A stretch of 50,188 nucleotides of DNA. Origin: an uncultured Methanosarcinales archaeon (GTDB lineage: Archaea > Nanobdellota > Nanobdellia > Woesearchaeales > CAYXTQ01). Location: positions 16,572 to 66,759 of the forward strand of contig CAZSMA010000001.1 in the NCBI GenBank assembly GCA_964608065.1, in the 5' to 3' direction. Under the pieces are notes generated by a model, which was given only the letters and a program-made list of their open reading frames with translations, made no database searches and was not told the origin of the DNA. Position numbers and translations under genes: made by a program. Positions 42,520-50,188 of this stretch are shown here, piece by piece; position 1 is the stretch's first letter, and every line of letters begins with the position of its first letter.

Positions 42520-43227
42520 ATGGGAAAATCTTTAATTCAGCAAAAACGTGGAAAAGGTTCTCATACTTACAGGGCTCCAAGTTTCAGGTATTATGGTAAT
42601 GCACATTATCCAAGGGAAAATAAAGATATAGAAGGTAAGATTATTGATTTAATTGGGTGTCCTGGTCACTCTGCCCCCCTAATACGTGTAAAATATGATA
42701 ATGGAGAAGATGTTTTAATGCTTGCTCCAGAGGGTGTGAGAGTAGGTGATATGGTACAATCAGGAATAAAAACACCTGTAAATCCAGGAAATGTAATGCC
42801 TTTAAAAAACGTTCCAGAAGGCACTTTAATTTATAATATTGAATCACAGCCGGGAGATGGAGGAAAATTCGTAAGGTCTGCAGGAACATTTGCTAAAGTA
42901 ACTGGAAAAATGAAGGGTAATATAATGGTCTTGTTGCCTTCAAAAAAAGAAAAAAATTTCAATCCTGACTGCAAAGCCTCAATCGGAATCTTAGCTGCAG
43001 GAGGTAGAAAAGAAAAACCATTCCTGAAAGCAGGAAATAAATATCATGCTATGAGGGCTAAAAACAAGCTTTATCCAAAAGTATCAGGAGTAGCTATGAA
43101 CGCTGTAAGCCATCCATTTGGTGGATCAAGTTCACATGCAAAAGGAAGACCTACACAATCTCCTAGAAACGCTCCTCCTGGAAGGAAGGTTGGAAAAATA
43201 GCTCCAAGAAGAACGGGTAGAAGATAA
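42520..43227 (+). CDS. rpl2: 50S ribosomal protein uL2
   Basis: GDGGKFVRSAGTFA...MNAVSHPFGGS..GRP. Confidence 0.96.
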   Translation: MGKSLIQQKRGKGSHTYRAPSFRYYGNAHYPRENKDIEGKIIDLIGCPGHSAPLIRVKYDNGEDVLMLAPEGVRVGDMVQSGIKTPVNPGNVMPLKNVPEGTLIYNIESQPGDGGKFVRSAGTFAKVTGKMKGNIMVLLPSKKEKNFNPDCKASIGILAAGGRKEKPFLKAGNKYHAMRAKNKLYPKVSGVAMNAVSHPFGGSSSHAKGRPTQSPRNAPPGRKVGKIAPRRTGRR

Positions 43228-43235
43228 AAAAAAAA

Positions 43236-43619
43236 ATGGCAAAAAAAGAATTCACTTACAAAGGAAAAACATTAGAAGAACTAAAATCAATGGATATAAA
43301 TGAATTTACGGGGTTTCTACCTGCAAGACAAAGAAGATCTATTAAAAGAGGATTTACTGATCAACAAAAAATATTACTAAAAAAAATCAGACAAAAAAAA
43401 AAAAATATAGAAACCCACTGCAGAAACATGATAATACTGCCTGAGATGGTAGGGATTGTTATTAAAATTCACAAAGGAAATCAGTTTACAACTATAAGCA
43501 TTGAAGAGGACATGATTGGCCATTGCCTTGGAGAGTTCGCTTTAACAAGAAAAAGACTAGAACACTCTGCTCCTGGTGTTGGAGCAACAAGGTCAAGTGC
43601 AAGTATCTCAGTTAAATAA
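43236..43619 (+). CDS. rps19: 30S ribosomal protein uS19
   Basis: MIILPEMVGIVIKIHKGNQF...GHCLGEFALTRK. Confidence 0.95.
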   Translation: MAKKEFTYKGKTLEELKSMDINEFTGFLPARQRRSIKRGFTDQQKILLKKIRQKKKNIETHCRNMIILPEMVGIVIKIHKGNQFTTISIEEDMIGHCLGEFALTRKRLEHSAPGVGATRSSASISVK

Positions 43620-43679
43620 ACAAAAATGAAACTTATGAGCAAAGCGAATAAGGTTTGAGATTTTAAAAAAAAAAAAAAA

Positions 43680-44180
43680 ATGTCAAAAACAAAATATTCA
43701 ATGAAAGATTACAATAAGGAAACAATGGCTAAGTCTATTGGGTCTTCATTGTCAATATCCACAAGACACAGCATAGAGATTTGTAATTTCATTAGAAACA
43801 AGAACTTAAGCAAAGCAAGAGACTTGCTAAATGATGTTGTAAGTGAGAAAAAGGCATTACCATTCAAAAGATTCACAGGTGGTGTAGGTCATAGAAAAGA
43901 AAACGGCCCAGGAAGATATCCAAAAAAAGCAACAATAGAATTCATAAAATTACTTGACACTGTTGAAGCTAATGCTCAATTCAAAGGTCTTAACACATCA
44001 GGTTTATTCATTAAACATATTTGCGCTAATAACGCCTCAAGACAATGGCGTTATGGCAGGCAAAAAAGAAGAAAAATGAAACGAACGCATGTCGAAGTTG
44101 TAGTTGAAGAAAAAAGCAGTAAGAAAGAAGTCAAAAAAGTAGAAACAAAAACACAAGAGAAAAAGGAACAAAAAAAATGA
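43680..44180 (+). CDS. rpl22: 50S ribosomal protein uL22 (K/E tail)
   Basis: AKSIGSSLSISTRHSIEICNFIRNKNL..A...L and operon position. Confidence 0.92.
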   Translation: MSKTKYSMKDYNKETMAKSIGSSLSISTRHSIEICNFIRNKNLSKARDLLNDVVSEKKALPFKRFTGGVGHRKENGPGRYPKKATIEFIKLLDTVEANAQFKGLNTSGLFIKHICANNASRQWRYGRQKRRKMKRTHVEVVVEEKSSKKEVKKVETKTQEKKEQKK

Positions 44181-44914
44181 TCGAAAGGAAATTCATAGAA
44201 CAAAAAGTGAAGGAATTTCAGATACAGGAGTTCATAGCTAAAAATCTGAAAAGGGTAGGTCATAGTCATACAAGATTACAAAGAACACCTTTAGGAGACA
44301 AAATAATTATTTATGCTTCACGTCCTGGACTAATAGTTGGAAGAAAAGGACAGAGTATAAAGAAACTAACAAAAAGCCTTAAGAAAAAATTTGATTTAGA
44401 AAATCCTCAAATAGAAATAAGTGAGATTGAAGAAGTCAACTTAGATGCTCGGATAGTTGGAGAACGCATTGCTAATACATTAGAAAGATTTGGAAGTACA
44501 AAGTTCAAAGGAATAGGTCACAAGGTTATGACAGATGTTTTGAATAGCGGTGCTTTAGGAATAGAAATCCTAATCTCAGGTAAAATACCTAGTGCAAGAG
44601 CCAAGAACTGGAGATTTTATTCGGGTTACTTAAAAAAGTGCGGAGACGTAGCATTAGGGGTAAGAAGGTCATATACAAGTGCTCAGTTAAAAACAGGAAT
44701 GGTAGGCATTAAAGTCAGTATAATGCCTCCAGACATAAAGCTGCCCGATAAAGTTACGATTTTAGATAAAAAAGTTGAAATTGTAGAAGAACTTAAAGAT
44801 AAAGAATCCGAAGAAGTTGAAAAAGAAATTAAAGAAAAAAAAGGGAAAGAAGAAAAGAAGCCTAAAGTTGAGGAGAAAAAAGCAAGCCTCAATAAAGAAG
44901 AAAAGAAAAAATGA
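44177..44914 (+). CDS. rps3: 30S ribosomal protein uS3 (K/E tail)
   Basis: KH domain: LGDKIIIYASRPGLIVGRKGQSIKKL. Confidence 0.95.
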   Translation: MIERKFIEQKVKEFQIQEFIAKNLKRVGHSHTRLQRTPLGDKIIIYASRPGLIVGRKGQSIKKLTKSLKKKFDLENPQIEISEIEEVNLDARIVGERIANTLERFGSTKFKGIGHKVMTDVLNSGALGIEILISGKIPSARAKNWRFYSGYLKKCGDVALGVRRSYTSAQLKTGMVGIKVSIMPPDIKLPDKVTILDKKVEIVEELKDKESEEVEKEIKEKKGKEEKKPKVEEKKASLNKEEKKK

Positions 44915-45114
44915 AAAAAAAAGAATTAAAGTTAATGAGTAACGCTGATATGAAAGGGAAATTAGATGATTTAAAAAAAGAATTAATGAAATTTAATACT
45001 CAAATTGCGACTGGGACCACTCCAAAAAGTCCTGGTCAGATTAAAACTACGAAAAAGGATATAGCACGTATTTTAACAATTTTAAAAACCAAGGAGGACA
45101 AAAAAAAAGGATGA
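44911..45114 (+). CDS. rpl29: 50S ribosomal protein uL29
   Basis: 67 aa. LKLMSNADMKGKLDDLKKELMKFN. Operon position. Confidence 0.9.
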   Translation: MKKKELKLMSNADMKGKLDDLKKELMKFNTQIATGTTPKSPGQIKTTKKDIARILTILKTKEDKKKG

Positions 45115-45419
45115 GTGAAATATGTTCAGTTTGCGGGCTGCCTAAAGAATTATGTGCTTGCGAGACAATCGCAAAAGAAAGCCAAAAAATTGTAGTAAAA
45201 ATTGAGAAAAAAAAGTTTGGAAAAACATACACTGTGATAACAGGACTTGATGAAAAAGAAATCAACATGAAAGATTTGTCAAAGAAGCTGAAGACAGAGT
45301 TTGCATGCGGAGGAACAGTGAAAGATCACAAGATAGAACTGCAAGGAGATCATAAAAAGAAAGTAAAACCATTTTTGGTAAAAACAGGCTTTGCCCAGGA
45401 AGCTATTGAAATAATATAA
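45111..45419 (+). CDS. Translation initiation factor aSUI1 (eIF1 homolog)
   Basis: N-terminal CSVCGLPKELCAC Zn knuckle and SUI1 fold KKFGKTYTVITGL...EFACGGTVKD..IELQGDH. Confidence 0.9.
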   Translation: MSEICSVCGLPKELCACETIAKESQKIVVKIEKKKFGKTYTVITGLDEKEINMKDLSKKLKTEFACGGTVKDHKIELQGDHKKKVKPFLVKTGFAQEAIEII

Positions 45420-45443
45420 TCAAACAAAAAGGAAAAAAAAAAA

Positions 45444-45875
45444 ATGAAAGACAATATAGGTATCAATGTAAAATCACCTGAAAAAAAATGCGAAGATAAG
45501 AACTGCCCATTTCATGGCAATCTAAAAGTCAGAGGGCGTTTATTCACAGGCATAATCACAAATACAGATGCTCACAAAAGCGCAACAATCGAATTTGAAA
45601 GAAGGTTTTTTGTTCCAAAATATGAAAGGCATGAAAAACGTAGAACAAGATTAAGAGTTCACAATCCTTCCTGCATTGACGCAAAAAAAGGCGATAAAGT
45701 CAAAATAAGTGAATGTAGACCTTTAAGTAAAACAAAGAAGTTTGTTATAATAGAAAAAATAGGAACAGACATCTTATTCAAACAAAGAGAAGATGCATTA
45801 GAAGAATCAAAATTCAAGGAAAAAGAAAAGAAGAAAATTGATGATAATCAAAAAATAAAAGAAGAAAAAGGTTGA
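45444..45875 (+). CDS. rps17: 30S ribosomal protein uS17 (K/E tail)
   Basis: CEDKNCPFHGNLKVRGR...KKGDKVKISECRPLSKTKKFVI. Confidence 0.94.
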   Translation: MKDNIGINVKSPEKKCEDKNCPFHGNLKVRGRLFTGIITNTDAHKSATIEFERRFFVPKYERHEKRRTRLRVHNPSCIDAKKGDKVKISECRPLSKTKKFVIIEKIGTDILFKQREDALEESKFKEKEKKKIDDNQKIKEEKG

Positions 45876-45881
45876 TTAAAT

Positions 45882-46283
45882 ATGCAAGCTTTAAAAGCAA
45901 AAGTAACTAGAGGATTACCTGTTGGAAGTCGTATTGAAACATGCGATAATTCAGGTGCTAAAGTAATCAAAATATTCTCAGTCAAAGGTCATAATACTGT
46001 CAAAGGTAAAAGGTCTGCAGCAGGTATCGGAGACATGGTTTTAGCTACTGTAAAGCGAGGCCGTCCTGAAATGAGAAAACAGGTTGTTCTTGCAGTAATA
46101 GTCAGACAAAAAAAAAGCTATAGAAGGCCAGACGGTACCAGAATAAAGTTTGAGGATAATGCTGCAGTTATCTTAAAAGATGATAAAGGAAATCCAAAAG
46201 GAACTTTGTTTAAGGGCCCTATAGCAAAAGAAGCTTGCGACAGATGGCCTGGAATATCAAAATTAGCTAATATAATTGCCTAA
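45882..46283 (+). CDS. rpl14: 50S ribosomal protein uL14
   Basis: CDNSGAK...GDMVLATVK...FEDNAAVI. Confidence 0.96.
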   Translation: MQALKAKVTRGLPVGSRIETCDNSGAKVIKIFSVKGHNTVKGKRSAAGIGDMVLATVKRGRPEMRKQVVLAVIVRQKKSYRRPDGTRIKFEDNAAVILKDDKGNPKGTLFKGPIAKEACDRWPGISKLANIIA

Positions 46284-46284
46284 A

Positions 46285-46674
46285 ATGAAGAGATTTTCAA
46301 TAAGCTGGAAAAAAAGCAAAAAGCCAAGGAAACAGAGAAAATATAGGTATAACGCTCCATTACATATAAAACAAAAGTTTATGAGTGCACATCTATCTAG
46401 CGAACTAAGAAAAAAATACAAAAAAAGATCTTTAGGCTTGAAAAAAGGAGATAAAGTAAAGATTATGAAAGGTCAATTCAAAAAAAAAATAGGCAAAATC
46501 GAAAAAGTAGATTTAAAGGGAAATTATGTTTATATAACTGGGATAGAAGTAACAAAAAAAGATGGTACTAAAACCCAATACCCTTTGCAACCTTCAAATT
46601 TGATGATTACTGAACTAAATTTAGATGATAAAAAAAGACAAAGAATATTAGACAGAAAGGTAAATAAAAAATGA
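46285..46674 (+). CDS. rpl24: 50S ribosomal protein uL24
   Basis: KOW motif KKGDKVKIMKGQFKKKIGKI. ATG lies 1 nt after the uL14 stop. Confidence 0.93.
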   Translation: MKRFSISWKKSKKPRKQRKYRYNAPLHIKQKFMSAHLSSELRKKYKKRSLGLKKGDKVKIMKGQFKKKIGKIEKVDLKGNYVYITGIEVTKKDGTKTQYPLQPSNLMITELNLDDKKRQRILDRKVNKK

Positions 46675-47372
46675 CAAAAAGACACTTAAAAAGACTAGCT
46701 ATCCCAAATTCGTGGGATATAAAAAGGAAAGGGATAAAATTCACAACAAGGCCAGCTCCTGGAGCACATCCTTTTGGATTGGGAATGCCTATAAATTTAA
46801 TAATTAGAGATATGTTAAAATATGCTAAAACAAATAAAGAAGTAAAAAAAATATTAAATAACAAGGAAATTTTAGTGGATGGTAAAGTGAGGAAAGAATA
46901 TAGGTTTATTACAGGGTTTATGGACTCAATCTCATCACCTAAATTAAAAGAACATTATAGAATAATTCTAAATAAAAAAGGGAAAATATCATTATTACCT
47001 ATAACCGAACAAGAAGCAAAAATTAAGATTTGTAAAATAACTGGCAAAAAACTTATCAAAGGTAAAACTCAATTAAATCTGTTTGATAGCAGGAATATTT
47101 TAGTTGATAAAGACACCTATAAGGTTGGAGATTCTATAGTTATAGAACTTCCTAGTCAGAAACTAAAAGAACATCTTAAGTTAGAAAAAGGTGTGATCGT
47201 TTTTGTTATAGGTGGTAAAAACATAGGTACTGTCAGTACAGTAGAAGACATCTCAGGAAGAAAAATAATTTGCAAACACAACAATACATTATTTGAAGTT
47301 CCTTTTGATTATGTTTTCGTAATGGGTAAGAATAAAGGTTTAATAAAATTAGATGAAGACAATAAAAAATGA
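46671..47372 (+). CDS. rps4e: 30S ribosomal protein eS4
   Basis: KRHLKRLAIPNSWDIKRKGIKFTTRPAPGAHP. Confidence 0.95.
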   Translation: MTKRHLKRLAIPNSWDIKRKGIKFTTRPAPGAHPFGLGMPINLIIRDMLKYAKTNKEVKKILNNKEILVDGKVRKEYRFITGFMDSISSPKLKEHYRIILNKKGKISLLPITEQEAKIKICKITGKKLIKGKTQLNLFDSRNILVDKDTYKVGDSIVIELPSQKLKEHLKLEKGVIVFVIGGKNIGTVSTVEDISGRKIICKHNNTLFEVPFDYVFVMGKNKGLIKLDEDNKK

Positions 47373-47884
47373 GTGTAATGAAAAATATCAGGATAGAGAA
47401 AATCACTTTAAACATAGGTGCTGGTAAAGATCATGCTAAACTAGAGAAAGGTATAACCTTACTAAAGAATATTACAGGGTTAATGCCTGTGAAAACCATC
47501 ACTTCAAAAAGAATTCCTGAATGGGGTTTAAGACCAGGCCTACCTATTGGATGTAAATTAACTTTAAGAGGGAAAAAGGCAATAGAAATCCTAAAAAGGC
47601 TGTTAGATGCAAAAGATTTTAAGCTAAAGACGAGCCAATTTGATAATAACGGCAATGTTTCTTTTGGCATTCATGAATATATTGATATTCCTGGAGTTAG
47701 ATATGACCCGAAAATAGGTATAATAGGTCTTGAAGTTTGCGTTACACTTGAAAGACCGGGTTACAGGATAAAAAGAAGGAAAAATAAACGAAAAAAAATT
47801 TCAAAAAAGCACCGCATCTCAAAAGAAGAAGCAACAGAATTTATGAAAAAAAGCTTTAATTTAAAATTAGAGGATGAAACATGA
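47369..47884 (+). CDS. rpl5: 50S ribosomal protein uL5
   Basis: [11 protein letters not shown]...[16 protein letters not shown]. Confidence 0.95.
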   Translation: MSVMKNIRIEKITLNIGAGKDHAKLEKGITLLKNITGLMPVKTITSKRIPEWGLRPGLPIGCKLTLRGKKAIEILKRLLDAKDFKLKTSQFDNNGNVSFGIHEYIDIPGVRYDPKIGIIGLEVCVTLERPGYRIKRRKNKRKKISKKHRISKEEATEFMKKSFNLKLEDET

Positions 47885-48111
47885 CTACTAGCTCACATAC
47901 AAAAGTATTCAAACAATTGAAAGTCAAACCTGCAAAACTGAACAAGTTTTTGAAGCATAATTCTCCAAAAGAGAGAAGCTGCGGTAAAAATCTTAAAAGC
48001 TGTAAAAGATGTGGAAGAAAAGGAGGCCATATAGATAAATATGGTTTAGACCTTTGCAGACAATGTTTCAGAGAAATCGCAAAGGATATAGGATTTAAAA
48101 AATATAGTTAA
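47881..48111 (+). CDS. rps14: 30S ribosomal protein uS14 (zinc type)
   Basis: [25 protein letters not shown]. The N-terminus is longer than the usual 50-60 aa form. Confidence 0.9.
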   Translation: MTTSSHTKVFKQLKVKPAKLNKFLKHNSPKERSCGKNLKSCKRCGRKGGHIDKYGLDLCRQCFREIAKDIGFKKYS

Positions 48112-48123
48112 GGTGTATAAAAA

Positions 48124-48516
48124 ATGTCTTTAAATGATCCATTAGCAAACGTTTTATCAAAAATTTTGAATGCTGAAAATAGAGGTAAAAGTGAATGTTC
48201 ACTAGGTCCTCTATCTAATATACTAAAGAAAATACTGGACTTAATGCACGAACACCATTATATTGGAAGTTATAATGAAGTCAGCAGTGCAAGGGGTGGA
48301 ATGATAGATCTTAATTTGATAGGTCGTATCAATAACTGCGGAGCTATTAAACCAAGATTCCCTGTTAAATCAAAAGATTATGAAAAATTTGAGAAAAGAT
48401 ATCTGCCTGCTAAAGATTTTGGCATTATTTTCGTATCGACAAACAAGGGAATTATGACACATACTGAAGCAAGAAAAAAAAAGCTAGGTGGAAAACTTAT
48501 TGCTTTTGTTTATTAA
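48124..48516 (+). CDS. rps8: 30S ribosomal protein uS8
   Basis: NDPLANVLSKILNAE...GIIFVSTNKGIMTH.EARKKKLGG. Confidence 0.95.
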   Translation: MSLNDPLANVLSKILNAENRGKSECSLGPLSNILKKILDLMHEHHYIGSYNEVSSARGGMIDLNLIGRINNCGAIKPRFPVKSKDYEKFEKRYLPAKDFGIIFVSTNKGIMTHTEARKKKLGGKLIAFVY

Positions 48517-48521
48517 CCAAG

Positions 48522-49067
48522 ATGACAAAAAAGAAAAGAAAAATAGAAGAAAAAGTAAAAATCCCTGAAGGGGTTAAAGTTAAGTTAGATGACTGCATTA
48601 TAGATTTCAACGATGGAAAAAATACTATGGAAAAAAATTCGTCAGTAAACGTCGAAATTAAAAATAATGAAATTATTTTAAGTGCTAAAAAAGCAACAAA
48701 AAGGGGTAAAACTCTTGTTGGAACATGTAAGGCTCACATAAATAACATGATTAAAGGTGTACAAGAACCTTATAGGTATACATTAAAAATATGCTCAGGG
48801 CATTTTCCAATGAATGTCTCTGTAAGCAATGAAGAATTTATTGTAAAAAACTTTTTGGGAGAAAAAACCCCGAGAGTATTAAAAATAAAAGAAAACGTTA
48901 AAGTTAAAGTAGAAGACGACCTAGTGATAGTAGAAAGTGTAAATAAAAATTTAGCTGGACAGACGTCTGCAGACATAGAAAAACTATGCAAAATCACAAA
49001 TAGAGATCCAAGGGTATTTCAGGATGGGATATGGATAAACAATAAAGCTGGTAAAGATATAAAATGA
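48522..49067 (+). CDS. rpl6: 50S ribosomal protein uL6
   Basis: Two-domain uL6 pattern (YRYTLKICSGHFPMNVSV...) and operon position. Confidence 0.93.
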   Translation: MTKKKRKIEEKVKIPEGVKVKLDDCIIDFNDGKNTMEKNSSVNVEIKNNEIILSAKKATKRGKTLVGTCKAHINNMIKGVQEPYRYTLKICSGHFPMNVSVSNEEFIVKNFLGEKTPRVLKIKENVKVKVEDDLVIVESVNKNLAGQTSADIEKLCKITNRDPRVFQDGIWINNKAGKDIK

Positions 49068-49672
49068 GTGATATTAATAATTTACTAAAAGTAAGAAGAA
49101 ATGTAAAGGTAAAAAAACCTGCTTTTATTAGACAGGATATCCAAAAGAAGAAAAGATTAAAGAAAAAATGGAGGCGTCCAAAAGGAATCCAGTCAAAGAT
49201 TAGATTAAACAAAAGAGGTCACAGAAAACAGGTTGAAATAGGTTACAAAAGCCCTAAAGAAGTGCATGGTATGCACCCATTGGGTTTAAAGATAATATTG
49301 GTTAATTCATATAACGACATAAATAACATTAACACAGAAAAAGAAGGAGTTATAATATCAGGCACTGTAGGAATGAAAAAGAAAATAAATTTGATGAAAA
49401 AAATAATGGAAAAAAAAATAACAATCCTTAACATCAAGAACCCAGAAGAATATCTGAAAAAAGTTGAAGATATTTTGGCAAAAAAGAAAGGCGAAAAAAG
49501 AAAGAGGAAAGAAGTTAAAGAGAAAAAAACGAAAGAAAAGGAAAAGAAAGCTGAGAAGAAAGAAGGAAAAGAAAAGGAAAAAGGCAAAGAAGAATTAACA
49601 GAAAAAATAGAGAAAGAAGAAAAGGATAAAGAGAAAAAAGAAAAAGACAAGCTTTTAACTAAGAAGGTTTAA
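49064..49672 (+). CDS. rpl32e: 50S ribosomal protein eL32 with ~64-aa K/E-rich C-terminal extension
   Basis: WRRPKGIQSKIRLNKRGH...GYKSPKEVHG. The tail starts about aa 139. Confidence 0.93.
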   Translation: MSDINNLLKVRRNVKVKKPAFIRQDIQKKKRLKKKWRRPKGIQSKIRLNKRGHRKQVEIGYKSPKEVHGMHPLGLKIILVNSYNDINNINTEKEGVIISGTVGMKKKINLMKKIMEKKITILNIKNPEEYLKKVEDILAKKKGEKRKRKEVKEKKTKEKEKKAEKKEGKEKEKGKEELTEKIEKEEKDKEKKEKDKLLTKKV

Positions 49673-49693
49673 AACTTAAAAAAAAAAAAAAAA

Positions 49694-50140
49694 ATGAAGC
49701 TGAATTTACAAAAAAGACTTGCAGCAGCAGTTGCTGGTTGTCCAGAGAAAAGAATAAGGTTTGATACTGAAAGACTGGACGAAATAAAGGAAGCTATAAC
49801 AAAAGTAGATATAAGGGGGTTAATTAAAGATAATGCTATCATTATAAACCAAAAGAAAGGTAGTTCCAAGTCTAGGATAAGAAAAAACAAAAGACAAAAA
49901 AGAAAGGGTCGTCAAAAAGGTTTTGGCAGCAGAAAAGGTAAGAAAACAACAAGACAAAAAAAAGGGTGGATCAAAAAAGCAAGATTACAGAGAAATTTCC
50001 TAAGTATGTTAAGAGAGAAGAAAATTATAACAAAATCTATTCACAGAGACCTCTATCTCAAAGTAAAAGGTGGTTTTTTCAGAAGTAAAAGGCATATCAA
50101 GTTATATATTGAGGAGCATAATCTAGCAAATAAAAAATGA
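49694..50140 (+). CDS. rpl19e: 50S ribosomal protein eL19
   Basis: LQKRLAAAVAGCPEKRIRFD...KGRQKGFGSRKG. Confidence 0.95.
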   Translation: MKLNLQKRLAAAVAGCPEKRIRFDTERLDEIKEAITKVDIRGLIKDNAIIINQKKGSSKSRIRKNKRQKRKGRQKGFGSRKGKKTTRQKKGWIKKARLQRNFLSMLREKKIITKSIHRDLYLKVKGGFFRSKRHIKLYIEEHNLANKK

Positions 50141-50188
50141 ACTACCATCGGGCTAAAGCCCGAGGTATCATTTAAGCAAAAGAACCAA

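Noticed and set aside
43626-43658. 10-codon mini-ORF (MKLMSKANKV) in the uS19/uL22 spacer as a leader peptide
   Set aside because: It has no SD and no conservation evidence. An ORF of this length is expected by chance in a 60-nt spacer.

Overview
Strongly AT-rich archaeal chromosome segment. It uses the standard code (TAA, TAG and TGA all serve as stops) and encodes a Lys/Glu/Ile-rich proteome. The gene content includes a single-chain PriS-PriL primase, a bacterial-type gyrase, archaeal RNase J, Hef, one PCNA, and a ribosomal-protein operon with eS4/eL32/eL19. Together with long K/E-rich tails on many proteins, this suggests a small-genome DPANN-like archaeon (inference only). Layout: (i) 4-5717 (-): gyrA split by a LAGLIDADG intein at the catalytic Tyr, a zinc-ribbon protein, scpB and an unknown partner. 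(ii) 5900-8825: phosphate module (AbrB-PhoU regulator, Na/Pi symporter, PhoU). (iii) 8918-13013 (-): secreted lamin-tail + SNase nuclease, AmmeMemoRadiSam radical-SAM enzyme, secreted protein. (iv) 13041-23061 (-): nine-gene colinear de novo pyrimidine operon, carA-carB-pyrB-pyrI-pyrD-pyrK-pyrC-pyrE-pyrF. (v) 23297-26155: uncharacterised cluster with a poly-proline/coiled-coil paralog triad, converging on a tandem-HTH + membrane-protein operon. (vi) 26348-26485: tRNA-Leu(CAA) with a 54-nt intron. (vii) 26533-40150: RNase J, PCNA, two divergent PHP paralogs, psd-pssA, TraB, PRC barrel, an M50-like protein lacking HExxH, MBL hydrolase, Hef, Lrp-like, Toprim, fused primase. (viii) 40417-50140 (+): ribosomal protein operon uL3 to eL19 with aSUI1. 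The most interesting non-coding signals are three. First, a recurrent two-hairpin intergenic element (CCAAC-GNA-GTTGG followed by CC-GAAAAY..RTTTTC-AAG), with five full copies plus variants, one inside the uL4/uL23 junction. Second, a 150-nt GC-enriched leader before the MBL hydrolase with alternative pairings that would sequester the SD. Third, a 266-nt untranslated region with BRE/TATA and a terminator-like hairpin ahead of the r-protein operon. No CRISPR array, rRNA, transposase or recognisable defence system was seen.
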